IMG/VR virus record: IMGVR_UViG_3300010885_088079
DNA from: an uncultured virus (IMG/VR IMGVR_UViG_3300010885_088079)
Taxonomy: Duplodnaviria > Heunggongvirae > Uroviricota > Caudoviricetes
DNA length: 64,000 bases
Reading direction: 5' to 3' (one strand)
The notes under the pieces are model-generated. The model did not search any database, had not been told where the DNA came from, and saw only the letters and a list, made by a program, of their open reading frames with translations. Below are positions 1 through 9,050 of the stretch, in pieces (positions within the stretch are counted from its first letter, which is position 1; each line of letters begins with the position of its first letter). The translations under genes were made by a program, and so were the position numbers.

Positions 1-1
1 A

Positions 2-1573
2 CTTAGCTCCTTTATGATAAAGTGTACAATTAACATCACTTTCGATAAAGAAATTGTTGAACTCATCCATCATACTAGAAACTTTAAAGCCAGCTGATGC
101 CAAGGATGTAGGAACAAATCCTTCGTGGTATCCGTAATAGCCTTCTTCATGAATCCTAAACAAATAATTCAAAGCTCTTTTGGAGAACCTAGTTATAGGG
201 AAAAAGCACCCAAAGTGCCTGTGAACTGATTTGAATTTATCTCCAGGACCAGGACACCAACCCAACCAAGCACCACGGGAACCAAGCATCCTAGAATTAA
301 GAACACTTACCCTAGGAAACTCAGAATATTCCTCTTTCTTAAAAGCTTGTATGGCCATAAAATCGTCATCCAAATAATTATAGGAATCTAAGAAGCCCTT
401 GATATCTCCATCAAAAGAAATATCATCATCTAAGAACCAATAATAATCAAAGTTAGGATGGTTCAAATAGAACATTAGCATTCTATAGTGAGCATAAAAA
501 TACTTCGGGTTTTGATGGCTGCCCCACCTGTGACTTCTATCTATAGGCTTGTCGAAAGAATGCTTAGCAAAATCTTCATCGTTATATGAACAAACATTAG
601 ACTCATACTTCTCTGATACCTCTGTTGGGTCCTTGTTTGTTTGATTGTCAAACAAAACGTAAAAAGATTCGCCAAAATTTTTAGAAAACTTTTTAATTTG
701 ATTGTTACCATCGCCTTCTAACGTCCTATAGTATGAGCTAACAACATAGGTGCTGTTAACAGAGATGGACTTCTTTATTATTTTATCCCATATTGGGATT
801 CTGTTGAATTGGTGAACCAGGTCATATCGTTTGCCATCGGCTGTTAAAACAAGATTATTTTCAATCTTAGGCAAACCATACTTTATATTGTTCTTGTATC
901 CCCAAGCTTCAAAAAAATGGGAGGGACCAGAAACATGGCAATGCATAGCCCAAGCATCGTCTAAATTAAACTTCTTTAACCTGGGTATCTCGTCCTCTCC
1001 CACAAGAACGATAAGAGCCGCTTGGTCTTTTATATTGTGTGCGTCTGTGCTAACGTTTTCACACAAATCAATCATTTTTTCATAAAGGCTTATCATGGGA
1101 AGCCTTTTGCCCGCAATTATGCCAGAGTTTATTATTTCTTTAGGCCGACAGCTATCAACACTATTTGGAAAAAGGACCGAAACATTTTGATGGTTCCATG
1201 GACACTGATTAACGTTAACGCCCTCTCCTGAAACCCAAATATCGTAATTATCTATATCAAGCTTCTCAAAGGGATCGCCTTGAAAGAAGACATCAAAGAC
1301 GTCAGTAGAAAGAACTAAGTCAGTATCAGATTTCTGGAGCCAACATTTAATGTGCTCCAGTCTTTTATGATTTATATGATAAGTGTCTTCTATTGTACAA
1401 GTTTCAAAATCAATTCCCAGCCTATCACACGCTAGCTTGTCCTCCTCGGACATATTTGCGACGAGGAGAACAATGTTCCCATCAGAATGATTTCTAAAGC
1501 TTTTGGACCAAAGCCTTATTTTTTCTTCGTGGTAGAATACGTTATTGCATAAACCTATCAAAGTCTTTTTCAT
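2..1573 (-). CDS. Two-domain glycosyltransferase-like protein, running off the window edge (not in ORF track)
   Basis: Manual translation from ATG 1573 (MKKTLIGLCNNVFYHEEKIRLW...) stays open to the edge. Two GT-A-like acidic motifs (VLSTDVFDVFFQGDPF; YYWFLDDDISF) plus INSGIIAG and DQAAL. Confidence 0.7.
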   Translation of the reverse strand, partial: MKKTLIGLCNNVFYHEEKIRLWSKSFRNHSDGNIVLLVANMSEEDKLACDRLGIDFETCTIEDTYHINHKRLEHIKCWLQKSDTDLVLSTDVFDVFFQGDPFEKLDIDNYDIWVSGEGVNVNQCPWNHQNVSVLFPNSVDSCRPKEIINSGIIAGKRLPMISLYEKMIDLCENVSTDAHNIKDQAALIVLVGEDEIPRLKKFNLDDAWAMHCHVSGPSHFFEAWGYKNNIKYGLPKIENNLVLTADGKRYDLVHQFNRIPIWDKIIKKSISVNSTYVVSSYYRTLEGDGNNQIKKFSKNFGESFYVLFDNQTNKDPTEVSEKYESNVCSYNDEDFAKHSFDKPIDRSHRWGSHQNPKYFYAHYRMLMFYLNHPNFDYYWFLDDDISFDGDIKGFLDSYNYLDDDFMAIQAFKKEEYSEFPRVSVLNSRMLGSRGAWLGWCPGPGDKFKSVHRHFGCFFPITRFSKRALNYLFRIHEEGYYGYHEGFVPTSLASAGFKVSSMMDEFNNFFIESDVNCTLYHKGAK

Positions 1574-1583
1574 AAAATATATA

Positions 1584-1627
1584 TAGCTTTTATGGCTGTT
1601 GAATTTGATCAACAGCCATAAAAGCTA
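1584..1627. terminator. Perfect 19-bp inverted repeat, probable terminator
   Basis: TAGCTTTTATGGCTGTTGA-atttga-TCAACAGCCATAAAAGCTA, just downstream of the 1643..1930 gene. Confidence 0.6.
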
Positions 1628-1642
1628 AAGAAAAGGCGAAAA

Positions 1643-1930
1643 TTATATTTGAACGCCCTTATTAGGCAATACAATTCCACTACCAAACTGGCTGTTATAG
1701 CCATTTTTGATATCCGGGTCAGGATCTGCTATCAGCAAAACATGATTAAAGCTAATCGTGTATGTCTCATCATTAGAAAAAGGAACCAAAGGAATTGAAC
1801 CGACTCCCTCTGATGTGACCATAAATCTCTGTGGCTTTTTCATAACAACCACCTTGCCCGAACTTTGATCAATAATCTCTATGTCTGCCACGACATCCTC
1901 GCCGGTAACTAATTTAACAACCTTAATCAT
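1643..1930 (-). CDS. Small Sm-like beta protein of T4-like phages
   Basis: MIKVVKLVTGEDVVA start and ...YNSQFGSGIVLP end resemble the myophage Sm-like family; RBS AAGGA. Confidence 0.6.
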   Translation of the reverse strand: MIKVVKLVTGEDVVADIEIIDQSSGKVVVMKKPQRFMVTSEGVGSIPLVPFSNDETYTISFNHVLLIADPDPDIKNGYNSQFGSGIVLPNKGVQI

Positions 1931-1942
1931 ATTCGCTTCCTT

Positions 1943-3304
1943 TCATTTTGAAGAAAAATGTTCTGCTTGCTCCGACTCTATCATCTTCCTTATCAAGTTA
2001 GTGGTAGAACAACCATCAACCATAGGAAAGACGAAAGCTTCTTTTACTATACCATACCCAACGATCTCGTTAAAGAGATATTCATTTCCTTTTACTAAAA
2101 CATCAGGCTCAATAGCATGTATTAAATTAAAAGGATTATCCTCAGAAAAAGAAACCAAAAAGTCCACATCCTCTAAGGCAGAAAGGATCTCAATTCTATC
2201 ATTCAAACACTGGATTGGTCTGTTGGGTTTTAATCTAGCAATGCTCGCGTCATCATTCAAAGCAACAACTAATTTATCGCCCTTAGATTTTGCGAATTTT
2301 AAGTTTTGTACATGGCCTTTATGAATTAAATCAAAACAACCATTTGTAAATACTAATTTAAAGTTTCTATTTCTTAGAAGCGATGGATCAGCAACATATT
2401 TACCACCTAAGAGATCCAAAGGCGTTATTGGGGAATTATATTTATTTTGAACATACAAGGAGCCAGCTTTCCAAGCTCTAGTTGCGGCATCTTTTATATT
2501 CATGCCTTCAAGAAGAGATAAAGTTAAGATAGCAGTAAAACAGTCCCCAGCTCCTATTACAGAGACAGCATCTATTGTGCGGCAGGGCTCAATTACTTCA
2601 ACACCATCCTTGGAAACCACAGTAACGTCCTTGTCTGCGTTCGTGATTACGACATGGTCGCATTTAATTCTACTCTTTATCCAAATGCCAGCGTCTATAG
2701 GACTGCTTTTGCCTGAGACCTCAGAAGCTTCTTTAAGATTAGGCTTAAAAACTGTGCAGCCGTACCACTTGTCTATATCTTTAGATTTAGAATCAACAAC
2801 GGTCATTATACTCTTAGGAGGATAACTTAAGTTTGAAGAAAAAACACCTTTATCATAATCAGAAATTATAACAGCATCAAAATTAGAGAGATTAGAAAAA
2901 AATTTTTTGTACAGCTCCATACTATGATTCTGTACATCGGACCCTAGACCGTAGTTCTCCTTTTCAACATCCCACCTATACGTTGGAAAGCCTTCGCTAT
3001 AAAATCTACGTTTTATAGGAACCCCAGAATCAATTAGCCTACATAGATCCAGATTAATTGAATGGTCAGAAAAGCATCGCCTTGCATTTTCATCTATAAA
3101 AGAAACCAGCCAAGGATTAATGCATGGAAAATAACAAAACTGCCTAATTACGTTTGCTGCTCCACCTGGATAAGATATTGGAACAGCATCATGAGAGTGC
3201 ATAGAAGGAATAGGGAATTCAGGAGATACACCCTTTACCTTTACTGAGTAATATTCGTCAATCATAGCGTCACCAAAGACGCCAACATTAAATGAATGTC
3301 TCAT
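1943..3304 (-). CDS. hldE: Bifunctional heptose 7-phosphate kinase / heptose 1-phosphate adenylyltransferase
   Basis: GDAMIDEY, SPEFPIP, GGAANV, SDYDKG, PfkB motif GAGDCF; C-terminal FTNGCFDLIHKGH, LVKGNEY, STTNLI. Confidence 0.9.
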   Translation of the reverse strand: MRHSFNVGVFGDAMIDEYYSVKVKGVSPEFPIPSMHSHDAVPISYPGGAANVIRQFCYFPCINPWLVSFIDENARRCFSDHSINLDLCRLIDSGVPIKRRFYSEGFPTYRWDVEKENYGLGSDVQNHSMELYKKFFSNLSNFDAVIISDYDKGVFSSNLSYPPKSIMTVVDSKSKDIDKWYGCTVFKPNLKEASEVSGKSSPIDAGIWIKSRIKCDHVVITNADKDVTVVSKDGVEVIEPCRTIDAVSVIGAGDCFTAILTLSLLEGMNIKDAATRAWKAGSLYVQNKYNSPITPLDLLGGKYVADPSLLRNRNFKLVFTNGCFDLIHKGHVQNLKFAKSKGDKLVVALNDDASIARLKPNRPIQCLNDRIEILSALEDVDFLVSFSEDNPFNLIHAIEPDVLVKGNEYLFNEIVGYGIVKEAFVFPMVDGCSTTNLIRKMIESEQAEHFSSK

Positions 3305-3305
3305 C

Positions 3306-4193
3306 TTAAACTTCTAGCTTTTCGTATAAACCCAACTTAGATGCTTTTGTAAGCCATTCTTGTTGTTCTCTTTTATTTTCACTATTAATCTGTGCTAGGT
3401 CTAGTCCCTTAATATCGGATAGAGTCTTTCTGATAGCTTCTACCTCTAGCTTAGTTAATTTTACACCTCCTCTATTGGGGTGATAGTCTTCCCACGCCTC
3501 AACAGATAAAGGCACAATAGGTCTAATCAAATCCAGCATAGCGTCCGCAAATACTCTTATTTCATATTGAGCATGTGAGTCGCAACGCAACGCCAAAAAA
3601 TGAAACAAGTTATGCAAGTCAATCTTCCAATACCATTCGGTATAAAGGTTGATAGGCAAGGATATTCTAGCAAGCTCTCGACTAACTCCCTTCTCTAAGA
3701 ATTCTTCATATTTAGAGTAAGCAGAGTCACAAGCGGAAGACAAATAATCAGAGAACTGCTGGCTTGTTGTATTGTCAAGCTTAGCATCTCCTCCTTGTTT
3801 GTTAACAGAGGACTGTTGGCGAGCAGTGTCTGGTATAAAGAATTCATCCTTTAAAATAGAATACCTGCCGCTGTACTCGTTAACGTTGGCTGTTCGATGT
3901 CTAATCCATTGACGAGCTATAAATATCGGCATCTTGCAATGAAACTTGAACTCGCACATCTCAAATGGAGTTGTGTGCAAATGACGCATTAAGTACCTAA
4001 TTAACCCTCTATCTTCATTTAGGGTCTTAGTACCATCGCCATAGGAGACTCGTGCCGACTGAACTATGCAATAGTCGGCTGTCTTTTGGTCGTCAGGAAC
4101 TAAACGAGGCATAACGTCAACAAGCGTGACGTGACCATGATCCAAACAATTAATCGTTCTTTGACTTAAATTGTTCATTACATCATATGGCAT
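3306..4193 (-). CDS. thyX: Flavin-dependent thymidylate synthase
   Basis: ARVSY, HTTPFE, RQWIRHRTANVNEYSGRY signature, LRCDSHAQYEIR. Confidence 0.95.
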   Translation of the reverse strand: MPYDVMNNLSQRTINCLDHGHVTLVDVMPRLVPDDQKTADYCIVQSARVSYGDGTKTLNEDRGLIRYLMRHLHTTPFEMCEFKFHCKMPIFIARQWIRHRTANVNEYSGRYSILKDEFFIPDTARQQSSVNKQGGDAKLDNTTSQQFSDYLSSACDSAYSKYEEFLEKGVSRELARISLPINLYTEWYWKIDLHNLFHFLALRCDSHAQYEIRVFADAMLDLIRPIVPLSVEAWEDYHPNRGGVKLTKLEVEAIRKTLSDIKGLDLAQINSENKREQQEWLTKASKLGLYEKLEV

Positions 4194-4218
4194 ACTTCAC
4201 CTCGTGACGGGGAAATCC

Positions 4219-4247
4219 AATATAACGTAAAATGAATACTTGTTCAA
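4219..4247 (-). promoter_or_regulatory. Sigma70-type promoter for the thyX-hldE unit
   Basis: Minus strand TTGAAC-17 nt-TATATT upstream of a GAGGTG RBS. Confidence 0.45.
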
Positions 4248-4669
4248 GCAGGTGGACCACTTGCAGCCTGAACAGCTGGAGACCAACCTGTGGTTAAAAA
4301 CTTAGTTAATTCTTCTCTATTTAAATGATACCTTTTTTTATCTTCATAAGACGATTTATTAAGTCTATTGTTTTGAAGATAGCTTCTAGAACCTCTTTGC
4401 TGCTTTAGCCTGATATCTGCTCCATTGGGAGTTAAAGAACCCTTGACAATCTCCCAAGGTGACAATTTATACATAATTTCTTTGTCTGGGGCCCCCAAAC
4501 TAAAGTGGGAAGAAATCCATGGCTCACCTTCCATAGTTTTTACAAGATCGCTCCACTCTATGCCCTCCTCATCGCCTAAAGCAGCAAAATAGTCTTGCTT
4601 GCTACTAGGAGTCTTTGGCTCGGGTTGCTCTTCTTCTAAAAAAGCTCTAAAACTACATAACTTGAACAT
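4244..4669 (-). CDS. Hypothetical protein, CTS-like N-terminus
   Basis: 141-aa ORF; N-terminus SFRAFLEE; TATATA just before ATG. Confidence 0.65.
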   Translation of the reverse strand: MFKLCSFRAFLEEEQPEPKTPSSKQDYFAALGDEEGIEWSDLVKTMEGEPWISSHFSLGAPDKEIMYKLSPWEIVKGSLTPNGADIRLKQQRGSRSYLQNNRLNKSSYEDKKRYHLNREELTKFLTTGWSPAVQAASGPPA

Positions 4670-4698
4670 AATACTATATATAAATAAAACACATAAAA

Positions 4699-5001
4699 AT
4701 GCGAGCTAAAATGAAAAAGTGGAATGACTTCTTAAAAGAACAGTTATCAAAAGACCTTGAACAAGAGGGCTTTACAATGTTTTTCAAAAAAGAAGGCCAA
4801 TACTATGCTGTAAAAGAAAAAGATCGAATAATGTTCGCAAAAATAAAGACAAAAGATATAAAAGACATAAACACAGATAAAGAAAACATACAGTTTCTAG
4901 GCCGTAATATAAAAACTGGTGGGGATGAAACATTTACGGCAAAAGATATAAAGGATATTCACGTCTGTGAAAAAGAGGAAATAGACAATGTTCTTTCCTA
5001 A
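4699..5001 (+). CDS. Hypothetical protein, CTS-like N-terminus (start may be 4711)
   Basis: MKKWNDFLKE; TATAAATA upstream; overlaps the next gene. Confidence 0.65.
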   Translation: MRAKMKKWNDFLKEQLSKDLEQEGFTMFFKKEGQYYAVKEKDRIMFAKIKTKDIKDINTDKENIQFLGRNIKTGGDETFTAKDIKDIHVCEKEEIDNVLS

Positions 5002-5635
5002 GAACGACAAAAGACAATTTACTTGCTTTGTATGTGGAGTTGCTTTTGAAGATTTTGGCACCTTTAACAATCATATTGTTGAAAGCCATGACGAAGGAAG
5101 AGAATACGTAAAATGCCCATTGCAACGGTGCGGTGCTTGTGTTAGAGACCTGCGTCAACACTTTAAGAGTAAGCACAGAACAGAACAAGTACCAAAACAA
5201 GGCCAAATGAGAGCAACAATATGGAAAGATCAAGATAAAAAAACAGGACAAGTATCACAGAAGAAAACCAAGTTCAGAGAAGGTTATATGTACTCTGCGA
5301 AGAACGGCAAAGAAGTACATTACAGGTCAGGGATGGAATGTGAAGTATATGAATGCTTAGAGGCAATGCAGGAAGTTATAAGCTACGAAGTAGAACCGTT
5401 TAAGCTGAACTATTCTTTCAATGGAAACGTACATGAATACAACCCAGATCTACAAGTGTTTTTTAGCGACGGTAGGGTAGAGATATGGGAAATTAAGCCA
5501 TCGAACCAAACTACGCTACCTAAAAACAATGCCAAATGGGCGTCTTGCCAATACTTTTGTGAATCCAGAGGATATCAATTCATGGTATTAACAGAGGTGG
5601 GTCTACAGAAATTGAAAAAAGGTATTAAACTTTAA
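4988..5635 (+). CDS. Zinc-finger + TnsA/gp4-like PD-(D/E)XK nuclease
   Basis: CFVC...HIVESH and CPLQRC...HFKSKH fingers; YRSGME, YNPDL, EIKP, NNAKW, FMVLTE. Confidence 0.7.
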   Translation: MFFPKNDKRQFTCFVCGVAFEDFGTFNNHIVESHDEGREYVKCPLQRCGACVRDLRQHFKSKHRTEQVPKQGQMRATIWKDQDKKTGQVSQKKTKFREGYMYSAKNGKEVHYRSGMECEVYECLEAMQEVISYEVEPFKLNYSFNGNVHEYNPDLQVFFSDGRVEIWEIKPSNQTTLPKNNAKWASCQYFCESRGYQFMVLTEVGLQKLKKGIKL

Positions 5636-5753
5636 CCAAGTTGACCCTATAGTTGTACACTGTAGGCTTTGGAAACCTAGTCCTAATTCTCCTGTTTCTA
5701 TTTTCAATTTTTTTTTCTGTTTTCTTTCTTTTCAAGAAACCAAATATGTTCAT
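5625..5753 (-). CDS. Small basic protein, 42 aa (not in ORF track)
   Basis: MNIFGFLKRKKTEKKIENRNRRIRTRFPKPTVYNYRVNLVKV; ATGA overlap with the kinase stop. Confidence 0.4.
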   Translation of the reverse strand: MNIFGFLKRKKTEKKIENRNRRIRTRFPKPTVYNYRVNLVKV

Positions 5754-6376
5754 TTCGTTATACCCTGAATAAAAGGAACCAGTAGTTTATCAATTTTTTG
5801 ATAAAGGTCCTGCAGTGTGCCGTCATTATTCAGGAAAAAGTCATAATATTCAATACCGTCTGGTGGGTTTAAATGAGCGATTGATCCCAGATTTGGTATC
5901 TTCCCATCATTAAGCTTATTTAAGCAAAATTCTACTATAGGCCTTATTTGAGCCTCTGAGGGGTTGGGATCATCGTTCAAGAACCCTACTCTGTGCATCA
6001 ATATTGTTATGCCACCCTTGTTCTTAATCGCTTTTGCCTCATTTATGTACCTACAGTCTGAAATTATAATGTTTTTATTTTCATTCTCTCTAAAAACTAT
6101 ATCAATCCAAATATCAGACTTTATTTGCCTAAAGCCATCACCAATGAATTGGAGACCTTTTCTAACATTCATTAACATTCCAGGAGGTGGGTTAGGGTCT
6201 CTTTTCCAGGCCTCAATAAAATCACGATCAACCCCAAAACTCCTCTCATAAACATTTTTAACCGCATTAGCAAAAGCTGATCTTTTCCATTGTTCATTAT
6301 TATTCAATTTATTGAACAAATAATCGCAAAGAACGTCCTTGCCAGAATTAAGCTGTGCAGCTGCTCCGATAATCAT
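5750..6376 (-). CDS. Deoxynucleoside monophosphate kinase (T4 gp1-like)
   Basis: N-terminal P-loop SGKD, AFANAVK, RKGLQFIGDGFR, IISDCRYINE, NNDGT. Confidence 0.8.
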   Translation of the reverse strand: MIIGAAAQLNSGKDVLCDYLFNKLNNNEQWKRSAFANAVKNVYERSFGVDRDFIEAWKRDPNPPPGMLMNVRKGLQFIGDGFRQIKSDIWIDIVFRENENKNIIISDCRYINEAKAIKNKGGITILMHRVGFLNDDPNPSEAQIRPIVEFCLNKLNDGKIPNLGSIAHLNPPDGIEYYDFFLNNDGTLQDLYQKIDKLLVPFIQGITK

Positions 6377-6431
6377 GTTTATGACCCCAAGGTGATTGTG
6401 TTCATACTATTATAACAGTTGGAGACATGAA

Positions 6432-6695
6432 ATGGAATACAAGAAACCCGTAAAAAAGGTTTGCGGTAACTGCTTGCTTTTTAACAACCTGAAGAACGAG
6501 TGCAAAGTCGCAATCCTTATAGAGGGAAAAGAGTATCACATGCCTGTATTTCAAGAAGACAAGTGTCACATGGATGATTTAGGCATACCCGTAGAGCAGG
6601 TCAGATGGTGGGTAGAAGATGAAGAAGGAAATCCATCAGAAAAAGGGAAAGTAAAAATAGAGTATCCTCGGGGATTTTTCGGAAACGAAAAATGA
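6432..6695 (+). CDS. Hypothetical protein with CxxC
   Basis: MEYKKPVKKVCGNC...; GGAG upstream; abuts the next ORF. Confidence 0.55.
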   Translation: MEYKKPVKKVCGNCLLFNNLKNECKVAILIEGKEYHMPVFQEDKCHMDDLGIPVEQVRWWVEDEEGNPSEKGKVKIEYPRGFFGNEK

Positions 6696-6698
6696 TTA

Positions 6699-7685
6699 AT
6701 GGAAGAAGAACCATTTTCAACCCCAATACCAACCCCACCATATGAAGAAGGCAAAGTTTTAAAGAAACTAGGAGAGCCCTGTGGGCCTCCGTGGACTTGC
6801 GAAGGAACAGGCGGATGGTGTGGATGTGATTGCCATTGTTGCCCTCCTTGTCCTTGTTTCACAGGGAGTTTTGAAGGATGCATTTTGATAGGAAGTCCTT
6901 GGGTCGAGGAAACTTTTGAGGCAGGATGCAAGTGTGACGATGGGTGCCAGCCACCGCCACCGCCACCGGTTCCACCACCGCCACCGCCACCACCACCACC
7001 ACCACCACCACCACCACCACCACCACCACCACCACCACCGCCATCATATACGATTGTGGCTGCTCAGAGTCTCAATGCACAATCGGAATTTAGCTTTAAA
7101 CTAAAAGAAGAAAAAGAATGGAACATACCACTTCCAGACTTTAATTACGACCCATCACAAGACTTTAAATTCGATCCAGAGATTAATGAATACGTAGACG
7201 AAGAAGGAAACTTAGTTTATATTTTAAACGACGCATGTTCTATTCCATGTGAAATAGCAGAAGTTAGCGTAGAGTTTGATGGGTGCTGTATGTTGCATCC
7301 GGCAGCTTCTGGTGGAGGAGGGCTAGCATTTAGCTTTTTACCAGCAAAAGCTGGGACTGTTACCGTTAATGCACCTGATGAATCAGGTTGTGCCAAAATA
7401 ATTGTTAAAATAAATGGACAAGAGACAAAGAGTCTTTTTGTAGAAGCTTGTGAGCCTGTGGCCATAATAGTAGGAGTAGAGCCAAAAGACCCATCAGAAG
7501 GTGGACAACCAGAATGTTGTAATGCATGTGCTTTCGTAACAGCCCAACCAAATCAGCTCATACCGGAATGCGAAGGAGCCGTACCTCTGCTCAAGAAGAC
7601 AGACAAAAATACGGGTAAAAGTAAAACCTTCCTAAACAAAAAGAAACTAATAAATGAAATTAAGAAACGTCGTCACAACAAATAA
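6699..7685 (+). CDS. Cys-rich protein with long polyproline tract and basic C-terminus
   Basis: 328 aa; about 29 Pro in QPPPPPPVPPP...PS; many Cys pairs. Confidence 0.75.
   Translation: MEEEPFSTPIPTPPYEEGKVLKKLGEPCGPPWTCEGTGGWCGCDCHCCPPCPCFTGSFEGCILIGSPWVEETFEAGCKCDDGCQPPPPPPVPPPPPPPPPPPPPPPPPPPPPPPPSYTIVAAQSLNAQSEFSFKLKEEKEWNIPLPDFNYDPSQDFKFDPEINEYVDEEGNLVYILNDACSIPCEIAEVSVEFDGCCMLHPAASGGGGLAFSFLPAKAGTVTVNAPDESGCAKIIVKINGQETKSLFVEACEPVAIIVGVEPKDPSEGGQPECCNACAFVTAQPNQLIPECEGAVPLLKKTDKNTGKSKTFLNKKKLINEIKKRRHNK
6951..7043 (+). repeat. CCA/CCG trinucleotide run encoding polyproline
   Basis: (CCA/CCG)n visible in the sequence. Confidence 0.95.
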
Positions 7686-7689
7686 AAGA

Positions 7690-8259
7690 TTAAAAAGCAT
7701 ATTCACGGCTCTTATCATAAGTTAAAAAAGAAGCAATAGTGTACCTAGTACCTTTGGTAACTTTTGAGACGCCATGAAGATACTCAAGGTTGCCAGGAAA
7801 AATCGCTGAGTATCCAACCTTAGCCTTTATTGTTATATTCTGGTTTGGGAGATAAAGATCACCTCCTTCGAAGTCTTCATTCAAAAAAGTTACAGTGCCG
7901 AAATCTCTCCAGAAAAATTCATGTTTAGAGCCATCAGGGTTTTCTGCATCTGCGTGAGGCATTAATTCATAACCTTCTGTCCAGCGTACCAAATGAAGAC
8001 TATCGATATAGATGTCCCTCTCACAAGCAGTAAGACTCACAAACTCCGAAAGAAGGAATTTTTTATGCTCTTTCAGAATGTCAATTAGCCCATGGTCTTT
8101 TATCTGACTAGTGTAGATAGTGCGACCTTGCCAATACCCGGGACCCAAGCTGCCAAATTCTTCTTGATGACTGTTTATGTAATCAATGATTTCAGCAGCG
8201 TGTTTTTTAATTACAGGGTTCTCAAAAATTAAAGGCATAGATTTCATTGTAATCTCCAA
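7690..8259 (-). CDS. 2OG-Fe(II) dioxygenase, prolyl-4-hydroxylase-like
   Basis: PHAD (HxD), FLNEDFEGGDL, YLHGV, GTRYTI. Confidence 0.85.
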   Translation of the reverse strand: MEITMKSMPLIFENPVIKKHAAEIIDYINSHQEEFGSLGPGYWQGRTIYTSQIKDHGLIDILKEHKKFLLSEFVSLTACERDIYIDSLHLVRWTEGYELMPHADAENPDGSKHEFFWRDFGTVTFLNEDFEGGDLYLPNQNITIKAKVGYSAIFPGNLEYLHGVSKVTKGTRYTIASFLTYDKSREYAF

Positions 8260-8267
8260 TTTCTTGA

Positions 8268-9038
8268 TTAGTTTTTATCTAAATGAGTCTGGTGGTCTGC
8301 GAACTTATTGCCGTAAACATCTTCCCCACGCCAGTATCTTTTGCCGTTTCCATTCTTTTTATGAATATCTTCTTGACTTCTTTCTGTCCCAAAGTCCTTA
8401 CTGCACTTTCTTTCTTCCTCGATAATATCTTTGCTCAAAAAAGAAGTTGCATCTACAACGCTTGAAATGTAAAACTTGTCTATAAAGTGTCTCTGGTACG
8501 GTATAAAGCATCCTATAAAGTCTCCCTTGTTAACTCTAACACAATAGTTAGGCCTAGTGAGCCTTAGGTTATACGTAAAATCTCTTCTAAGATTGTCTGT
8601 TTCAATAACTCCGCTCATATGATAAATCCCATCAATGTAGTAGTTTGGAGGATTAATGGTAAAAAGATTAACGCCCTGAGGAGTTCTTATTTGGTAAGGC
8701 ATCTGCACCGTGAAAGTTCCCATCCCAAAGTGGGACTGTATGCTTTGCAAGGTCTTTGTTTTTTGATATTCAGAATCATTGGTTAGAATCTTAATAACGA
8801 CATCTTGCGGGGTGTTGCCACCGTTCCATGTTGCCTCAAAGTCATACAAAGACTTAACCACAAAACCACATTGGTTGCCGATAACAAGTGGCAAACAGTG
8901 GTAAGCGTGATCTACAAACCAATCTCGTTTGGTATTCCCTTTCAAGGATTCAAAGACGCTATCTATACAATCCTGTTTCTGCCATGTCGGATCGCATGAA
9001 ATTGCGTACATCATTCCCTCAGGCACACTTATCCCCAT
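8268..9038 (-). CDS. DUF6065-like beta-rich protein
   Basis: RDWF..HAYHCLPLVIGNQCG, SHFGMG, PPN, GVIETD pattern. Confidence 0.6.
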   Translation of the reverse strand: MGISVPEGMMYAISCDPTWQKQDCIDSVFESLKGNTKRDWFVDHAYHCLPLVIGNQCGFVVKSLYDFEATWNGGNTPQDVVIKILTNDSEYQKTKTLQSIQSHFGMGTFTVQMPYQIRTPQGVNLFTINPPNYYIDGIYHMSGVIETDNLRRDFTYNLRLTRPNYCVRVNKGDFIGCFIPYQRHFIDKFYISSVVDATSFLSKDIIEEERKCSKDFGTERSQEDIHKKNGNGKRYWRGEDVYGNKFADHQTHLDKN

Positions 9039-9050
9039 ATATTCCTCGCA

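Noticed and set aside
831..1231. Two plus-strand ORFs at the window start
   Set aside because: They lie antisense to the long edge-truncated glycosyltransferase ORF.
4988..5635. Tn7-like transposon
   Set aside because: No TnsB/C/D genes or transposon ends; a lone TnsA/gp4-like domain is normal in large phages.
6859..7104. Poly-His and poly-Val ORFs
   Set aside because: Other frames of the CCA run; only the poly-Pro frame lies in a long coherent ORF.
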